Positions 1 to 10,442 are shown, counted from the stretch's first letter. The stretch is 64,000 nt of DNA from an uncultured Alphaproteobacteria bacterium (GCA_963823605.1 CAWGMF010000007.1:639-64638); one strand, 5' to 3'. Notes: generated by a model from the sequence alone, not told the origin. Program-made: numbers and translations.

Positions 1-167
1 TCGAGGACGGCGTCGACATCCGCGTCATCCAGGTGCTGCTCGGCCACGCCAAGCTGGAGACCACCGCCTTCTACACCAAGGTCGCGACCCGGACGGTGCG
101 CGCCGTGACCAGCCCGCTCGACAGGCTCGGCATGTCGCTGCTCGAAGGCGAGACGCCCGACGGCTGA
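1..167 (+). CDS. Tyrosine recombinase/integrase, C-terminal end (5' part outside window)
   Basis: Frame from nt 3 reads EDGVDIRVIQVLLGHAKLETTAFYTKVATR...PDG*; LLGH...T..Y is the box II catalytic motif. Not in the ORF track. Confidence 0.9.
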   Translation, partial: EDGVDIRVIQVLLGHAKLETTAFYTKVATRTVRAVTSPLDRLGMSLLEGETPDG

Positions 168-172
168 GGCGC

Positions 173-1374
173 GTGCGCGCCTCGCTCGAGGTCGCCGACA
201 TCTTCCGCGCCGCGGGCCCCGCCTACCGGGCCGCCCATGCCGGGCATCTGAGCCTGCACCAGCTCAAGGTCATGTCGGCGATCGAGCACTGCCGCACCGC
301 CGCGCTCGGCGGTCACGTCGAGGCCTGCGACGACTGCGGGCACTGGCGGATCGCCTACAACAGCTGCCGCAACCGGCACTGCCCCAAGTGCCAGGGCGCG
401 GCCGCGCGCACCTGGCTCGCCGAGCGCGAGGCCGACCTGCTGCCGGTCGGCTACTTCCACGTCGTCTTCACGCTGCCCGCCGAGGTCGCCGACATCGCCT
501 TCCAGAACAAGGCGGTGGTCTACGATCTGCTGTTCCGGGCGGCGTCGGAGACGATGCTGACCATCGCCGCCGACCCGAAGCATCTCGGCGCCCGCATCGG
601 CATCACCGCCGTGCTCCACACCTGGGGCTCGGCGATGACCCATCATCCGCACGTCCACATGATCGTGCCGGGCGGCGGCATCGTCGCTCGACGGCACGCG
701 CTGGATATCGTCGCGCCCGGCGTTCCTGCTGCCGGTGCGCGTGCTGGGCAAGCTGTTCCGCCGCCTGTTCCTCACCCGGCTGATCGCGCTGCACGATGCC
801 GGGCGGCTCGCCTTCTTCGGCAGCATGGCGCATCTGGCCGACCGGCGCGCGTTCCTGCGCCACCTGTCGCCGGTCCGGAAGAAGCGCTGGGTGGTCTACG
901 CCAAGCCGCCGTTCGCCGGGCCCGAGGCGGTGCTCGCCTATCTGTCGCGCTACACCCACCGGGTCGCGATCTCGAACAGCCGGCTGATCGCGCTTCGACG
1001 AGCGCCGGCGTCACCTTCCGCTACAAGGACTATCGCCGCGACGGCGCCGACCGCCAGCAGGTCATGACGCTCGCCGCCGACGAGTTCATCCGCCGCTTCC
1101 TGCTCCACGTCCTGCCGCGCGGCTTCCACCGCATCCGCCACTACGGCCTGCTCGCCAGCGCCACCCGCAAGGCCAGTCTCGACCGCGCCCGCGAGCTGCT
1201 CGCCGTCGCGCCGCCGCGCCGACGACCGACGCGCCGGACGAACCGACCGATCATCCGCCCGCCATGCCCGTGCTGCGGCGGGCGCATGGTCGTCATCGAG
1301 ACCTTCGAGCGCTGGCGCCAGCCCCGCGCGCCGCCGCCGTCCTCAGCGCCGATCCGGGAGGACGTGCGCCGTGA
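173..1374 (+). CDS. IS91-family (HUH/Y2) transposase with N-terminal Zn-binding domain; frameshifted in this sequence
   Basis: CDDCGH..YNSCRNRHCPKC Zn domain, HTWG...HHPHVH HUH motif, YLSRY (YxxxY) in the 735..1067 frame, FLLHVLPRGFHRIRHYG, C-terminal CPCCGG. Indels near 685 and 1000. Stop placed at TGA 1372-1374 by inference; the track ORF runs to 1693. Confidence 0.85.
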
Positions 1375-1725
1375 CCCGGCACGCACCGCAACGACCTCAT
1401 GCCGCAGCTCCGACGCCGCGGCCAAGGCCCATGCTCGCGCCAATCACCATGGGGAGGGCCTCGCGGAGCCCGCAGGCCGCTCGTCAAGCCCCGGAACACC
1501 ACCCGATCAAGCCGTCATTGGGCCCAGCCGCCCCGATTGCCACGCCCGGCAAAGGCGCCCAAGCCCGCCTCGACGCCGGCCGCAGCCCAAAAACCCCATA
1601 GTCCGCCCTCGATCTCGCGGGTTCGTTCTTCGGCGACTTTCGTACGCCTCTCGGCGCCCGAAACTCTTCACGAAACCGGAAGAGCGGCTTTAGAGCGAGT
1701 TGGGCCTCAAAGAGGACATTGCAGC

Positions 1726-1851
1726 TATGGAGCGTCGATCGCCGCGCAGGGCCACAACGGGCACTTCTTCCCCTTGCCGGAACCGGTGTTCCAGGGCGAG
1801 GCCACCCGCGTCATGAGCCTGCGGGAAGGATCGAAGAAGATGTCGCAAAGC
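1726..1851 (+). pseudogene. trpS: Internal fragment of tryptophanyl-tRNA synthetase
   Basis: Reads [42 protein letters not shown], matching the alphaproteobacterial TrpRS segment FPLPEP...RVMSLRDG.KKMSKS. No start and no HIGH motif. Confidence 0.75.
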
Positions 1852-2450
1852 ACCTCGAAACCGAGGCAATCACGAGGGAGACCGCTCGCGGCAACGCACT
1901 GCTAGTCCTCAGGGAGAGCGGGAGGATCGACGACGACCTTGCCCATGACCCCGTTGGCGGAATTCGGGACGCGCGCCGGATCCTTGAACAACTCGTAGAG
2001 CCCGGTGGCGCCAGTCGGTCAATAGCGCCCTGCCCTTCGATTTCTCTTTCCCACGTCGACGCCGCAACTCCGCAACTCGCGTTCGGATCGTCGCCGGTGC
2101 AGCGGCGATGGAATGGCTCGGCGGACGGTGAATGGGTACGGTCTCGGCGATATGGCGCACAGGCTTCCTTCAATTGGATTCGCAGCTGGCCGCACTCACC
2201 GCTGGGCCGGCATCGGCCTTGGCCACGCTCGCTGAGGCGCTCTGGGAATTGTGTTGGAGAACTTTATTGAAGTCGCGCGACGGGCGCCTTCGCCGTCAAT
2301 CGTCGCGTTACTTTCGAACGGGGCGGCCTCGCCGAGGAGCGGGCCCACAAATATCCAGCCCTATAAGTTCTGGTGCATCAGTTTGCCCAGCGGTGTAACC
2401 TGACCATATGCCGCGATCGCGGGCGATTGACAAACTCGCGGGACTGCAGA

Positions 2451-5400
2451 GTGGAGCTACCTTCAGAGCCCAGCACGAGCCCACATGACAACATCGCCAC
2501 CCTTGCGGAGGACGGAGACGTCACATTCGGCAGAGGATGGCGCGAAGGCAAAGATGGCAGACGTGACGGCTTTCTGATCGTGCGCCCGACCTCCGCGCAA
2601 CGGGCACCGGCGACGCTCGACCGATTTGCCCACGAATACGCCTTGCGAGGTGACCTCGATAGCACCTGGGCGGTCCGCCCACTGCAGCTTTTGCACGAAG
2701 GCGATCGAACGTCTCTCATTCTTGAGGATCCCGGCGGCACGTTGCTAGGCTCCCTGATGGGCACGCCCATGGAGGTTGCAGCATTTCTGCGCATCGCCGT
2801 CGGTATTGCCGCGGTGCTCGGCAAGGCGCACCAGCGGGGCCTGGTCCACAAGGATGTCAAACCTGACAACATTTTGGTGAATACCCAGACAGGCGAGGTC
2901 CGGCTCACCGGCTTCGGGAACGCGACGCGACTGTCGCGCGAGAGACAATCGGTTAAGCCGCCTGAGTTCATCGGCGGAACCCTTGCCTATATGGCACCCG
3001 AGCAGACCGGGCGAATGAATCGATCCGTCGATTCCCGCAGTGACCTCTATTCGTTCGGCGTGACCCTGTACCAAATGGTGACGGGCGGCCTTCCGTTTTC
3101 AGCCTCGGACCCGATGGAATGGGTCCACTGCCACATCGCTCGAAAACCGGTGCCACCCGACGCCCAGCTCGATACGATCCCGACGGCGATTTCGGCGATC
3201 ATCATGAAGTTGCTCGCCAAGACAGCGGAGGAGCGCTACCAGACCGCGGCCGGCGTCGAGCACGACCTACGGCAGTGTCTCAAGAAGCTGGCACAGGGAC
3301 CTCTCGACGACTTCGCGCTTGGCCGTAAGGACACGCCGGATCGGCTGATGATCCCGGAAAAGCTGTACGGCCGCGAGGCCGAAGTCGAAACACTGCTGGG
3401 GTCGTTCGACCGCATGGTGACGAGCGGCGCGCCGGAACTGGTCCTCGTTTCCGGATATTCGGGGATCGGCAAATCGTCGGTTGTCAACGAGATGCACAAG
3501 GCGCTCGTGCCGCCGCGCGGGCTCTTCGCTGCGGGCAAGTTCGACCAGTACAAGCGCAACATCCCGTACGCCACGCTCGCCCAGGCCTTGCAAAGCCTGG
3601 TGCGTCTTCTGCTGGGCAGGAACAACGCCGAGCTGAACGGCTGGCGCGATGCGCTTGCGGCAGCGCTCAGCCCGAATGGCGGCCTGATGACCGACCTCGT
3701 TCCCGAACTGAAGCTCATTCTAGGGGAGCAGGAGCCTGTAGCTGAATTGCCGGCAAGCGACGCCCAGAGGCGATTCCAGCTGGTGTTGCGGCGCTTCATC
3801 GGTGTCTTCGCACGTGCCGAACATCCGCTGGCCCTCTTTCTCGACGACCTGCAATGGCTCGATGCGGCGACGCTACACCTGCTCGAAGACCTGTTCGTTC
3901 AGGAGGGCGGGGTTACGCATCTGCTTGTCATCGGGGCCTATCGCGACAATGAGGTCGACGCGTCTCATCCGCTCGCGCGCAGTCTCAGCAGAATCAGAGC
4001 AACGCGCCCTTCCTCTGTTCAGGAGATTAGGCTCAGCACGCTCGATGGGCGACATGTGTCGCAACTGCTGGCCGATGCCTTCTCGTGCGACACGCGCAGC
4101 GTGGGAGGCCTGGCCGAGCTGCTCCTGCAAAAGACAGACGGGAATCCGTTTTTCGTCAGCCAGTTCCTGTCCACCCTGACCGATGAAGGCCTGATCGCAT
4201 TCGATCCCGTGCAGTCCCGCTGGTCGTGGGATCTGAAGCGAATCGACGCCAAAGCTTACAGCGACAACGTAGCGGACCTGATGATCGGCAAACTGGTCCG
4301 GCTTTCTGCCGTAGCGCAGCAGGCTCTGCAGCACATGGCTTGCCTGGGTAACATCGCCACTGTCGCGACGCTGGCTACCGTTCGCGACACCACCGACGTG
4401 GAACTCCACGCCAGCCTCGCTGAGGCTCGGCGCCAGGAACTGGTCGTGCTCGTCGAGGGCTCCTACCGGTTCGCGCACGACCGCGTTCATGAAGCTGCTT
4501 ATGCGCTGATCCCGAGCGAACGGCGCGCCGCCTTGCACCTGGTGATCGGCAAGAAGCTGGTCGCGCATACGCCCCCTGAAGACGTGTCCGAGGCGGTCTT
4601 CGAGATCGTCAATCAACTCAATCGCGCGTCCTCGCTGATGACAGCGCAGGACGACCGCGAGCAACTGGCCGAATTCAATCTTCTTGCCGGCAGGCGCGCA
4701 CAGGCGTCCTCGGCCTATGTCTCCGCGTTGGGTTACCTGACCACGGGCGCAGCATTTCTCGCCGAGGACAGCTGGCACCGGCGTCGCGAGTTGGCCTTCG
4801 CCCTGGAACTTGCAACGGCGCACTGCGAATTCGCGTCCGGAATGATCGCCGAAGCCGAGAAGCGTCTGCGCCGTCTTTCCCTTCGCGCCGGCACGACCGA
4901 GGAGCGCGTCGCTATAGCCTCTCTGCAAATCGACCTTTACCAGGCGATGGATCGCAACGGCGATGCGGTCTCAGTCGGTTTGGAAGCGCTACAGCACCTC
5001 GGGATCAAAATTCCGGAGCATCCGACGGACGCCGATGCCCGACAGGCCTACGATCGCATCTGGACGGGGCTGGGCAGTCGCGCGATTGAAGATCTTGTCG
5101 ATCTGCCACTCGCAAGCAGCCCGGACGCTCTGGCCGCCCTGGATCTTCTCATCAGGGTCGGCGTTCCAGGGCATCATTTTCGGTCCATTCATCTCCTCGC
5201 AGTCGTTGTCTGCACAGCTGTCCGCCTGGGCCTTGAGCGAGGACATAGCGACGCGTCATGCATTGCCTACGCACAGATGGGCTTTCTGGCCGGGCCAGTT
5301 TTTGGCCAGTTCGATGCAGGCTACCGCTTCGGCCGACTGGGGTGCGACTTGGCCGAGCGGCCAGGGTTGCAGCGCTTTCAAGGCAGGGTGTTCGAGGCGT

Positions 5401-7934
5401 TCGGTTTCATCATGGGCTGGACCCAGCATGTCCGAAAAGGACGCCCCTTCCTGCTCCGTGCCTTCGAACTCGCCAGTCAAAGCGGTGAAGTCAGTTACGC
5501 GGGCTATGCCTGCGCCCAGATCAATACGAATTATCTCCTCGTCGGCGACCCGTTGGCCGACGCTCAGGAGCAAGCCGAAAATGGCTTGGCGTTCGCCCGC
5601 CGGGTCGGGCTTGGGACTGCCGAGGGCTGGATCGTCGGCCAACTCGGTCTCATCCGCAGCCTTGGGGGGCTGACGGCCCGATTCGGCGCCTTCGACGACG
5701 ATGATTTCCGAGAAGCCGATTTCGAGCACAATCTGGCGAGTAACTCAGCGCTTACTTTCCCAAGGTTCTGGTACTACATCCGCAAGCTTCAAGCGCGTTT
5801 TTACGCTGGTGAATACGAGGATGCGTTAGAGGCAGCCTCGGTCGCGCAACCCTTGCTTCAGAATTATGCCTTTGTGCTGGAGTGCGTCGAATACTATTTC
5901 TACGCTGCGCTCTGCCATGCAGCGGTTCACAATTCGGCGCCGCGGGATCGACAGAATTACCATCGCGAGATGGTAACAAAAGGTCTGGAAAAGCTCGAAG
6001 TTTGGGCGCGGCACTGTCCAGAGAACTTCACCAATCGCGCGGCGCTGGTCAGTGCAGAGCTTGCTCGGCTCGACGGGCGCGACGCCGATGCCATGACTCT
6101 GTACGAGTGGGCCATTCGCTCCGCCCGCGAGCAGGGTTTCGTGCAAAATGAAGGGCTGGCCCATGAGGTCGCCGCCCGCTTCTACAGCGCTCGCGGTGCT
6201 GAAACGTCCGCGAATGCTCACTTGCGTCGTGCTCGGCGGTGCTTCCTGCGATGGGGAGCTCACGGCAAGGTCAAGCAACTCGACCGGCTGTATCCCAATC
6301 TGACAGGTCCAGAGCTCCAAGATCCTGCCGCGGCACTTCCTTCCGCGTTGCAACGTCTGGATGTTGGAACCGTCGTCAAGGCATCTCAGGCCGTCTCCGG
6401 CGAGATTGAACTCCCAAAGCTGATCGATCGATTGATGACGATCGTGCTTGAGAACGCTGGCGCGGATCGCGGCCTTCTGATCCTGCCGAGAGGAGACGAG
6501 TACCTGGTTCGGGCAGAGGCGCGAACAACCGATGATCGGGCTGAAGTCACATTACGCCAGGAACCGCTCAAACCGGCCAGCGGTCCCGAATCGCTGATCC
6601 GCTATGTAATCCGTACGCATGAAAGCGTCATCCTCGATGATGTCTCGACACCGAATCTGTTCTCGGCGGATGACTATTTCGCGCTTCGGCAACCGAGGTC
6701 GATCTTGTGCTTCCCGCTGATCAAACAGCGGGAACTCATCGGGGTTCTGTATCTCGAGAATTCGTTGGCACCACACGTGTTCACAGCAGATCGATTAGCG
6801 ATCCTGGAATTGCTCGGGGCCCAGGCCGCGATTTCTCTGGAGAATGCTCGACTTTTCAGCGATCTCAGCGATCGCGAGGCGAAGGTGCGGCGCCTTGTCG
6901 ACTCCAACATCATCGGAATCCTGATCATTGATCTTGAGGGTCAGATCCTCGAAGCCAACGACGCCTTCCTGACGATGGTGGGATACGACCGCGAGGATCT
7001 CTCGACAGGCCGGATGCGCTGGACCGACTCGCCATCGGTATGGCGTGAGTCCGATCCAGAACGTGCGGAGCAGATCAGGACAACGGGTTCCCTCCCGCCA
7101 TTCGAGAAAGAGTATTTCCGGAAGGACGGCAGTCGCGTCCCGGTGCTGATCGGCGTGGCGCGAATTGGGGAAACCAATCAAGCGGTCGCTTTTGTGATCG
7201 ATCTGAGCGATCGGAAGCAGGCCGAGGCAGAATTGGCGCATGCAAACCGTATCGCGACAATGGGCCAGCTCACGGCGTCGATTGCCCATGAGGTCAACCA
7301 GCCCATCGCCGCCCTGCTTTTGAATGCAGGAACTGCTTTACGCTGGCTCGGCCGTCAGCCTCCCGACTTGGAACAAGCCCGACGATCGGTCGACCGGATC
7401 ATCGGAGATGGAAAGCGCGTGGCCGACATCGTGGGCCGAGTCCATGGCCTGTCGAAGAAGGCGCCTATGCAGAAGGCACCTCTGGACATCAACGAGGCGA
7501 TCCTGGAGGTCATAAGCCTGACCGGTGCCGTCGTTTCCAATCACGAAGCTTCGGTCAAGACACAGCTGGCCGAGGAACTGGCGACCATTTCAGGCGATAA
7601 GGTTCAATTTCAACAAGTCATCCTGAATTTGATTATGAATGCCATCGAAGCGATGAGTGAGACGCAAGACCGATCGCGCGAGTTGCTGATCAGGACCGAA
7701 ACGGCTGAGGTTGGTAGTATCCTCGTGGCAGTGAGCGATTCCGGCCCTGGACTGCTCCAAGTTGGCCCTGATCGCATCTTCGATGCGTTCTACACGACCA
7801 AAGCCAGCGGTCTTGGCATCGGTCTTTCGATCTGCCGCTCGATTGTCGAAGCTCACGGTGGACGACTTTGGGCAGAAGCAAACGAGCCCAAGGGACTCGT
7901 TTTCTACATCAAGCTGCCGGTTGCAGTCCTTTAG
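2451..7934 (+). CDS. Multi-domain sensor: Ser/Thr-kinase-like + AAA/STAND ATPase + helical region + GAF + PAS + histidine kinase
   Basis: HKDVKPDN and YMAPEQTGR kinase motifs, GYSGIGKS Walker A, LFLDDLQW Walker B, GAF (GVLYLEN), PAS, H-box IAHEVNQP, N-box NLIMNAIEA, G-boxes DSGPG and GLGIGL. Start GTG 2451 preferred; the ORF is open from 2373. Confidence 0.93.
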   Translation: MELPSEPSTSPHDNIATLAEDGDVTFGRGWREGKDGRRDGFLIVRPTSAQRAPATLDRFAHEYALRGDLDSTWAVRPLQLLHEGDRTSLILEDPGGTLLGSLMGTPMEVAAFLRIAVGIAAVLGKAHQRGLVHKDVKPDNILVNTQTGEVRLTGFGNATRLSRERQSVKPPEFIGGTLAYMAPEQTGRMNRSVDSRSDLYSFGVTLYQMVTGGLPFSASDPMEWVHCHIARKPVPPDAQLDTIPTAISAIIMKLLAKTAEERYQTAAGVEHDLRQCLKKLAQGPLDDFALGRKDTPDRLMIPEKLYGREAEVETLLGSFDRMVTSGAPELVLVSGYSGIGKSSVVNEMHKALVPPRGLFAAGKFDQYKRNIPYATLAQALQSLVRLLLGRNNAELNGWRDALAAALSPNGGLMTDLVPELKLILGEQEPVAELPASDAQRRFQLVLRRFIGVFARAEHPLALFLDDLQWLDAATLHLLEDLFVQEGGVTHLLVIGAYRDNEVDASHPLARSLSRIRATRPSSVQEIRLSTLDGRHVSQLLADAFSCDTRSVGGLAELLLQKTDGNPFFVSQFLSTLTDEGLIAFDPVQSRWSWDLKRIDAKAYSDNVADLMIGKLVRLSAVAQQALQHMACLGNIATVATLATVRDTTDVELHASLAEARRQELVVLVEGSYRFAHDRVHEAAYALIPSERRAALHLVIGKKLVAHTPPEDVSEAVFEIVNQLNRASSLMTAQDDREQLAEFNLLAGRRAQASSAYVSALGYLTTGAAFLAEDSWHRRRELAFALELATAHCEFASGMIAEAEKRLRRLSLRAGTTEERVAIASLQIDLYQAMDRNGDAVSVGLEALQHLGIKIPEHPTDADARQAYDRIWTGLGSRAIEDLVDLPLASSPDALAALDLLIRVGVPGHHFRSIHLLAVVVCTAVRLGLERGHSDASCIAYAQMGFLAGPVFGQFDAGYRFGRLGCDLAERPGLQRFQGRVFEAFGFIMGWTQHVRKGRPFLLRAFELASQSGEVSYAGYACAQINTNYLLVGDPLADAQEQAENGLAFARRVGLGTAEGWIVGQLGLIRSLGGLTARFGAFDDDDFREADFEHNLASNSALTFPRFWYYIRKLQARFYAGEYEDALEAASVAQPLLQNYAFVLECVEYYFYAALCHAAVHNSAPRDRQNYHREMVTKGLEKLEVWARHCPENFTNRAALVSAELARLDGRDADAMTLYEWAIRSAREQGFVQNEGLAHEVAARFYSARGAETSANAHLRRARRCFLRWGAHGKVKQLDRLYPNLTGPELQDPAAALPSALQRLDVGTVVKASQAVSGEIELPKLIDRLMTIVLENAGADRGLLILPRGDEYLVRAEARTTDDRAEVTLRQEPLKPASGPESLIRYVIRTHESVILDDVSTPNLFSADDYFALRQPRSILCFPLIKQRELIGVLYLENSLAPHVFTADRLAILELLGAQAAISLENARLFSDLSDREAKVRRLVDSNIIGILIIDLEGQILEANDAFLTMVGYDREDLSTGRMRWTDSPSVWRESDPERAEQIRTTGSLPPFEKEYFRKDGSRVPVLIGVARIGETNQAVAFVIDLSDRKQAEAELAHANRIATMGQLTASIAHEVNQPIAALLLNAGTALRWLGRQPPDLEQARRSVDRIIGDGKRVADIVGRVHGLSKKAPMQKAPLDINEAILEVISLTGAVVSNHEASVKTQLAEELATISGDKVQFQQVILNLIMNAIEAMSETQDRSRELLIRTETAEVGSILVAVSDSGPGLLQVGPDRIFDAFYTTKASGLGIGLSICRSIVEAHGGRLWAEANEPKGLVFYIKLPVAVL

Positions 7935-8029
7935 CCGGGCAAAAGCGGCATCGGGCCGCCATCGAGAGAGCGTCATCGACGTGGGGTTGAGCCGCTGACC
8001 TGTAGCGGCTGGTTCCTGCGAGGCTTCCG

Positions 8030-8878
8030 TCAGGCGCCAATCTGTCCGACGTAGAAGCCCAGCCGATTCTCGACGTCGCCCCAGCGGTGGAAGCCGCGGT
8101 CCATGAGGGCCTTGATGCGCTTCTGGCTGGCAGGACGGCGTAGCGAAGCCATGAAAGCGCCCCACTCCGGCCGGATCTCGTCGTCAGAGGGCAGGCTGGC
8201 GACATCAGCCAGATGCTTGGTGTTCGCGATCGCGTCCTTGTCGAAGGAGGCGATCCGCATCGCCAGGGCATCCACAAAGCTGTCCAACTCCGCATGCGGC
8301 AGCGATCGGTTGACGTAGCCGTAACGCTCTGCGAGTTCGCCATCGATATCGTCCGCGCCGAGCAGCACTTCGAGCGCGCGGCCCCGACCCATCAGGCGCG
8401 GCAGCCGGGCGATCGGTCCGCCGCCCGGCACGAGGCCCGCGCCAACCTCCCATTGGGAGAGGATGGCCTTCTCGCGGCTGGCGAACCGCATGTCGCACGC
8501 CAGGGCAAGCTCGCTTCCGACTCCGGTCGCCCGGCCTGCGATGGACGCAATGGAAACGACAGGTGCCCGGCTCAGGCGGGCAAACATGTCCGGCAGCGCC
8601 TCCAAGCCGGTCGCGCCCGGTGGGATTCGCGTCGAGTCCTCGAGCGGCACCAGAAAATCGTAGTGCGTGAGGAAGAAGCCCTCGATCACGCTGTCGAACA
8701 CGACGACTTTGACCTGCTCGTCTTTCTCGATGGTCGTGATGATCTCGCTGAGTTGCAGCGTCTCCTTTGGACCGAAGATATTTGTCGGCGGAAGGTCGAA
8801 GGTGACCCGCCAGTAGGTTGGCAGACGCTGCTCGACGACGATGCCGCCGGTCGCAAGTGTTCGTTCGGGAAAATTCAT
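8030..8878 (-). CDS. Enoyl-CoA hydratase/isomerase family protein
   Basis: AGRATGVGSELALACDMRFA and EVGAGLVPGGG crotonase motifs; GGAG RBS. Confidence 0.9.
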   Translation of the reverse strand: MNFPERTLATGGIVVEQRLPTYWRVTFDLPPTNIFGPKETLQLSEIITTIEKDEQVKVVVFDSVIEGFFLTHYDFLVPLEDSTRIPPGATGLEALPDMFARLSRAPVVSIASIAGRATGVGSELALACDMRFASREKAILSQWEVGAGLVPGGGPIARLPRLMGRGRALEVLLGADDIDGELAERYGYVNRSLPHAELDSFVDALAMRIASFDKDAIANTKHLADVASLPSDDEIRPEWGAFMASLRRPASQKRIKALMDRGFHRWGDVENRLGFYVGQIGA

Positions 8879-8931
8879 GTCGGGCTCCTGTGATTGTAGG
8901 TTCGTCCGCCGGCGAACGGCGGCGGTTCGGC

Positions 8932-10266
8932 TCAGGTCGCCTGTCGAAGCGAGCGAAAGGCGGCTCGGATTTCCGTGCTAAACAATGCAGGCTGCTCCCA
9001 GGCCGCGAAATGACCGCCCTTATCGAGCTTGTTGAAGTAGACGAGCTTGGGATAGGCCTGCTCAGCCCAGCTGCGTGGAGCAGCATAGATCTCGTCGGGA
9101 AAGACGCTCACTGCAACCGGGATGGACACGTGCTTGGGCTGGAAGAAGTCGAGCTTGTTTTCCCAGTACAGGCGGGCGGACGAGATCGCCGTGTTGGTCA
9201 ACCAGTAAAGCGTGATGTTGTCGAGGATGTCGTCCCGCGTGAGCCCTTCGGACTGGCCCGCAAACACGCGGGCGATAAGGTCCTGACTGCGCGCGTCGTG
9301 ATCCAGGATCCAGGCTGCGAGCCCTGCCGGCGAGTCGGCGATCCCATAGAGCGTTTGGGGCCGGTTGGTCATCTCGATCGCATAACCGAGGCCGTGCTTG
9401 TAGAAGTCCTCGAGCTGGTCATAAGCGCGCTGCTCGTCGGCCGCGAGGCCCGACGGCTTCGAGCCACCCGGTTGAAGTGCCTTCGCGATGTCGGCCGGAA
9501 CGGTGGCGGGCATGTTGGTGTGGATGCCGACGAGTTCGGGAGGGGCCAGCAGAGCCATCTGCTCGGTGACGGCGTTGCCCCAATCGCCGCCCTGCGCCAC
9601 ATATCGTGTGTAGCCGAGGCGCTTCATCAGCACGACCCAGGCGCGTGCAATGCGAACGGGATCCCATCCCGTCGTCGTCGGCTTTCCGGAGAACCCATAT
9701 CCCGGGAGCGACGGAATCACGAGATCGAAGGCATCCGAAGCCTCAGCGCCGTGAGCCGTGGGATTGGTCAGTGGATCGACGATCTTCAACTGCTCGACGA
9801 TCGAGCCGGGCCAGCCATGCGTGACGATGAGCGGGAGCGCATTGGCTTGCTTCGAGCGCACGTGAAGGAAATGGATGTCCACACCGTCGATCTTGGTGAC
9901 GAATTGGGGCCACGCGTTGAGCTTGGCCTCCAGCTTCCGCCGGTCGCACTGGGTCACCCAGTAGCGGACAAGCCGCTGCATCGTCTCGAGACGCACGCCT
10001 TGAGATTGGTCGCTGACGAGCTCCCGGTCCGGCCAGCGGGTCGCCTTGAGACGCGCTCTGAGATCCGCCAGGTCTTGCTCGCGGAGATCGACGCGGAACG
10101 GGAGTATCTCGTCTCCGGTGGACGCAGACGCGCTGGCGGTTCGCAGAAATCCCGCCGTGCCTGCCGCCACAAATGCGGAAGCGGTGCCGGCGAGGAACTG
10201 GCGGCGATCCCGCTGGTCGTCGTCAACTGTCGCCGTCCGATTTGAAACTCCGATTGGATCGTGCAT
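8932..10266 (-). CDS. Epoxide hydrolase (EHN N-terminal domain), Tat-like leader
   Basis: THGWPGS, QGGDWG nucleophile, GGHFAAWEQP; N-terminal RRQFLAG followed by a hydrophobic stretch. Confidence 0.9.
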   Translation of the reverse strand: MHDPIGVSNRTATVDDDQRDRRQFLAGTASAFVAAGTAGFLRTASASASTGDEILPFRVDLREQDLADLRARLKATRWPDRELVSDQSQGVRLETMQRLVRYWVTQCDRRKLEAKLNAWPQFVTKIDGVDIHFLHVRSKQANALPLIVTHGWPGSIVEQLKIVDPLTNPTAHGAEASDAFDLVIPSLPGYGFSGKPTTTGWDPVRIARAWVVLMKRLGYTRYVAQGGDWGNAVTEQMALLAPPELVGIHTNMPATVPADIAKALQPGGSKPSGLAADEQRAYDQLEDFYKHGLGYAIEMTNRPQTLYGIADSPAGLAAWILDHDARSQDLIARVFAGQSEGLTRDDILDNITLYWLTNTAISSARLYWENKLDFFQPKHVSIPVAVSVFPDEIYAAPRSWAEQAYPKLVYFNKLDKGGHFAAWEQPALFSTEIRAAFRSLRQAT

Positions 10267-10442
10267 GGCGCTTCCCGCATGGTCGAGCTTGCAATCGAAA
10301 CAGCAAGCGTTTGTTGAACCGGATGATGTGTCGCGCAGGACGCCTGATATTCGACCGGTTCATCCGATCCGATCGCGCCCCCTGCCCATTAATACTGGCG
10401 ATCGGCGGCGTATCAGGCCAGTCAACGTTGGCTGTATTCTGA

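Larger units (their letters stand above)
1..1671 (+). mobile_element. Integrase + IS91-like transposase two-gene element, right part
   Basis: The two genes are 5 bp apart. About 300 bp of non-coding tail follows, with GTTCGTTC and hairpin-forming sequence ending ...CGCCCGAAACTCTTCAC. End position is inferred. Confidence 0.7.

Noticed and set aside
71-826. Long antisense and alternate-frame ORFs (also 8818..10245, 13236..14645, 33323..35197 and many more)
   Set aside because: They shadow well-supported genes in GC-rich DNA, or are pieces of frameshifted genes, and have no independent motifs.
173-1374. Programmed frameshifting in the transposase
   Set aside because: No slippery sequence at the shifts, the shifts compensate each other, and similar indels occur across the window.
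2235-2287. Additional copy of the 53-bp repeat (TGA...CGGGCGC)
   Set aside because: The right box partly fits but the left GCTT box is absent at the required spacing.
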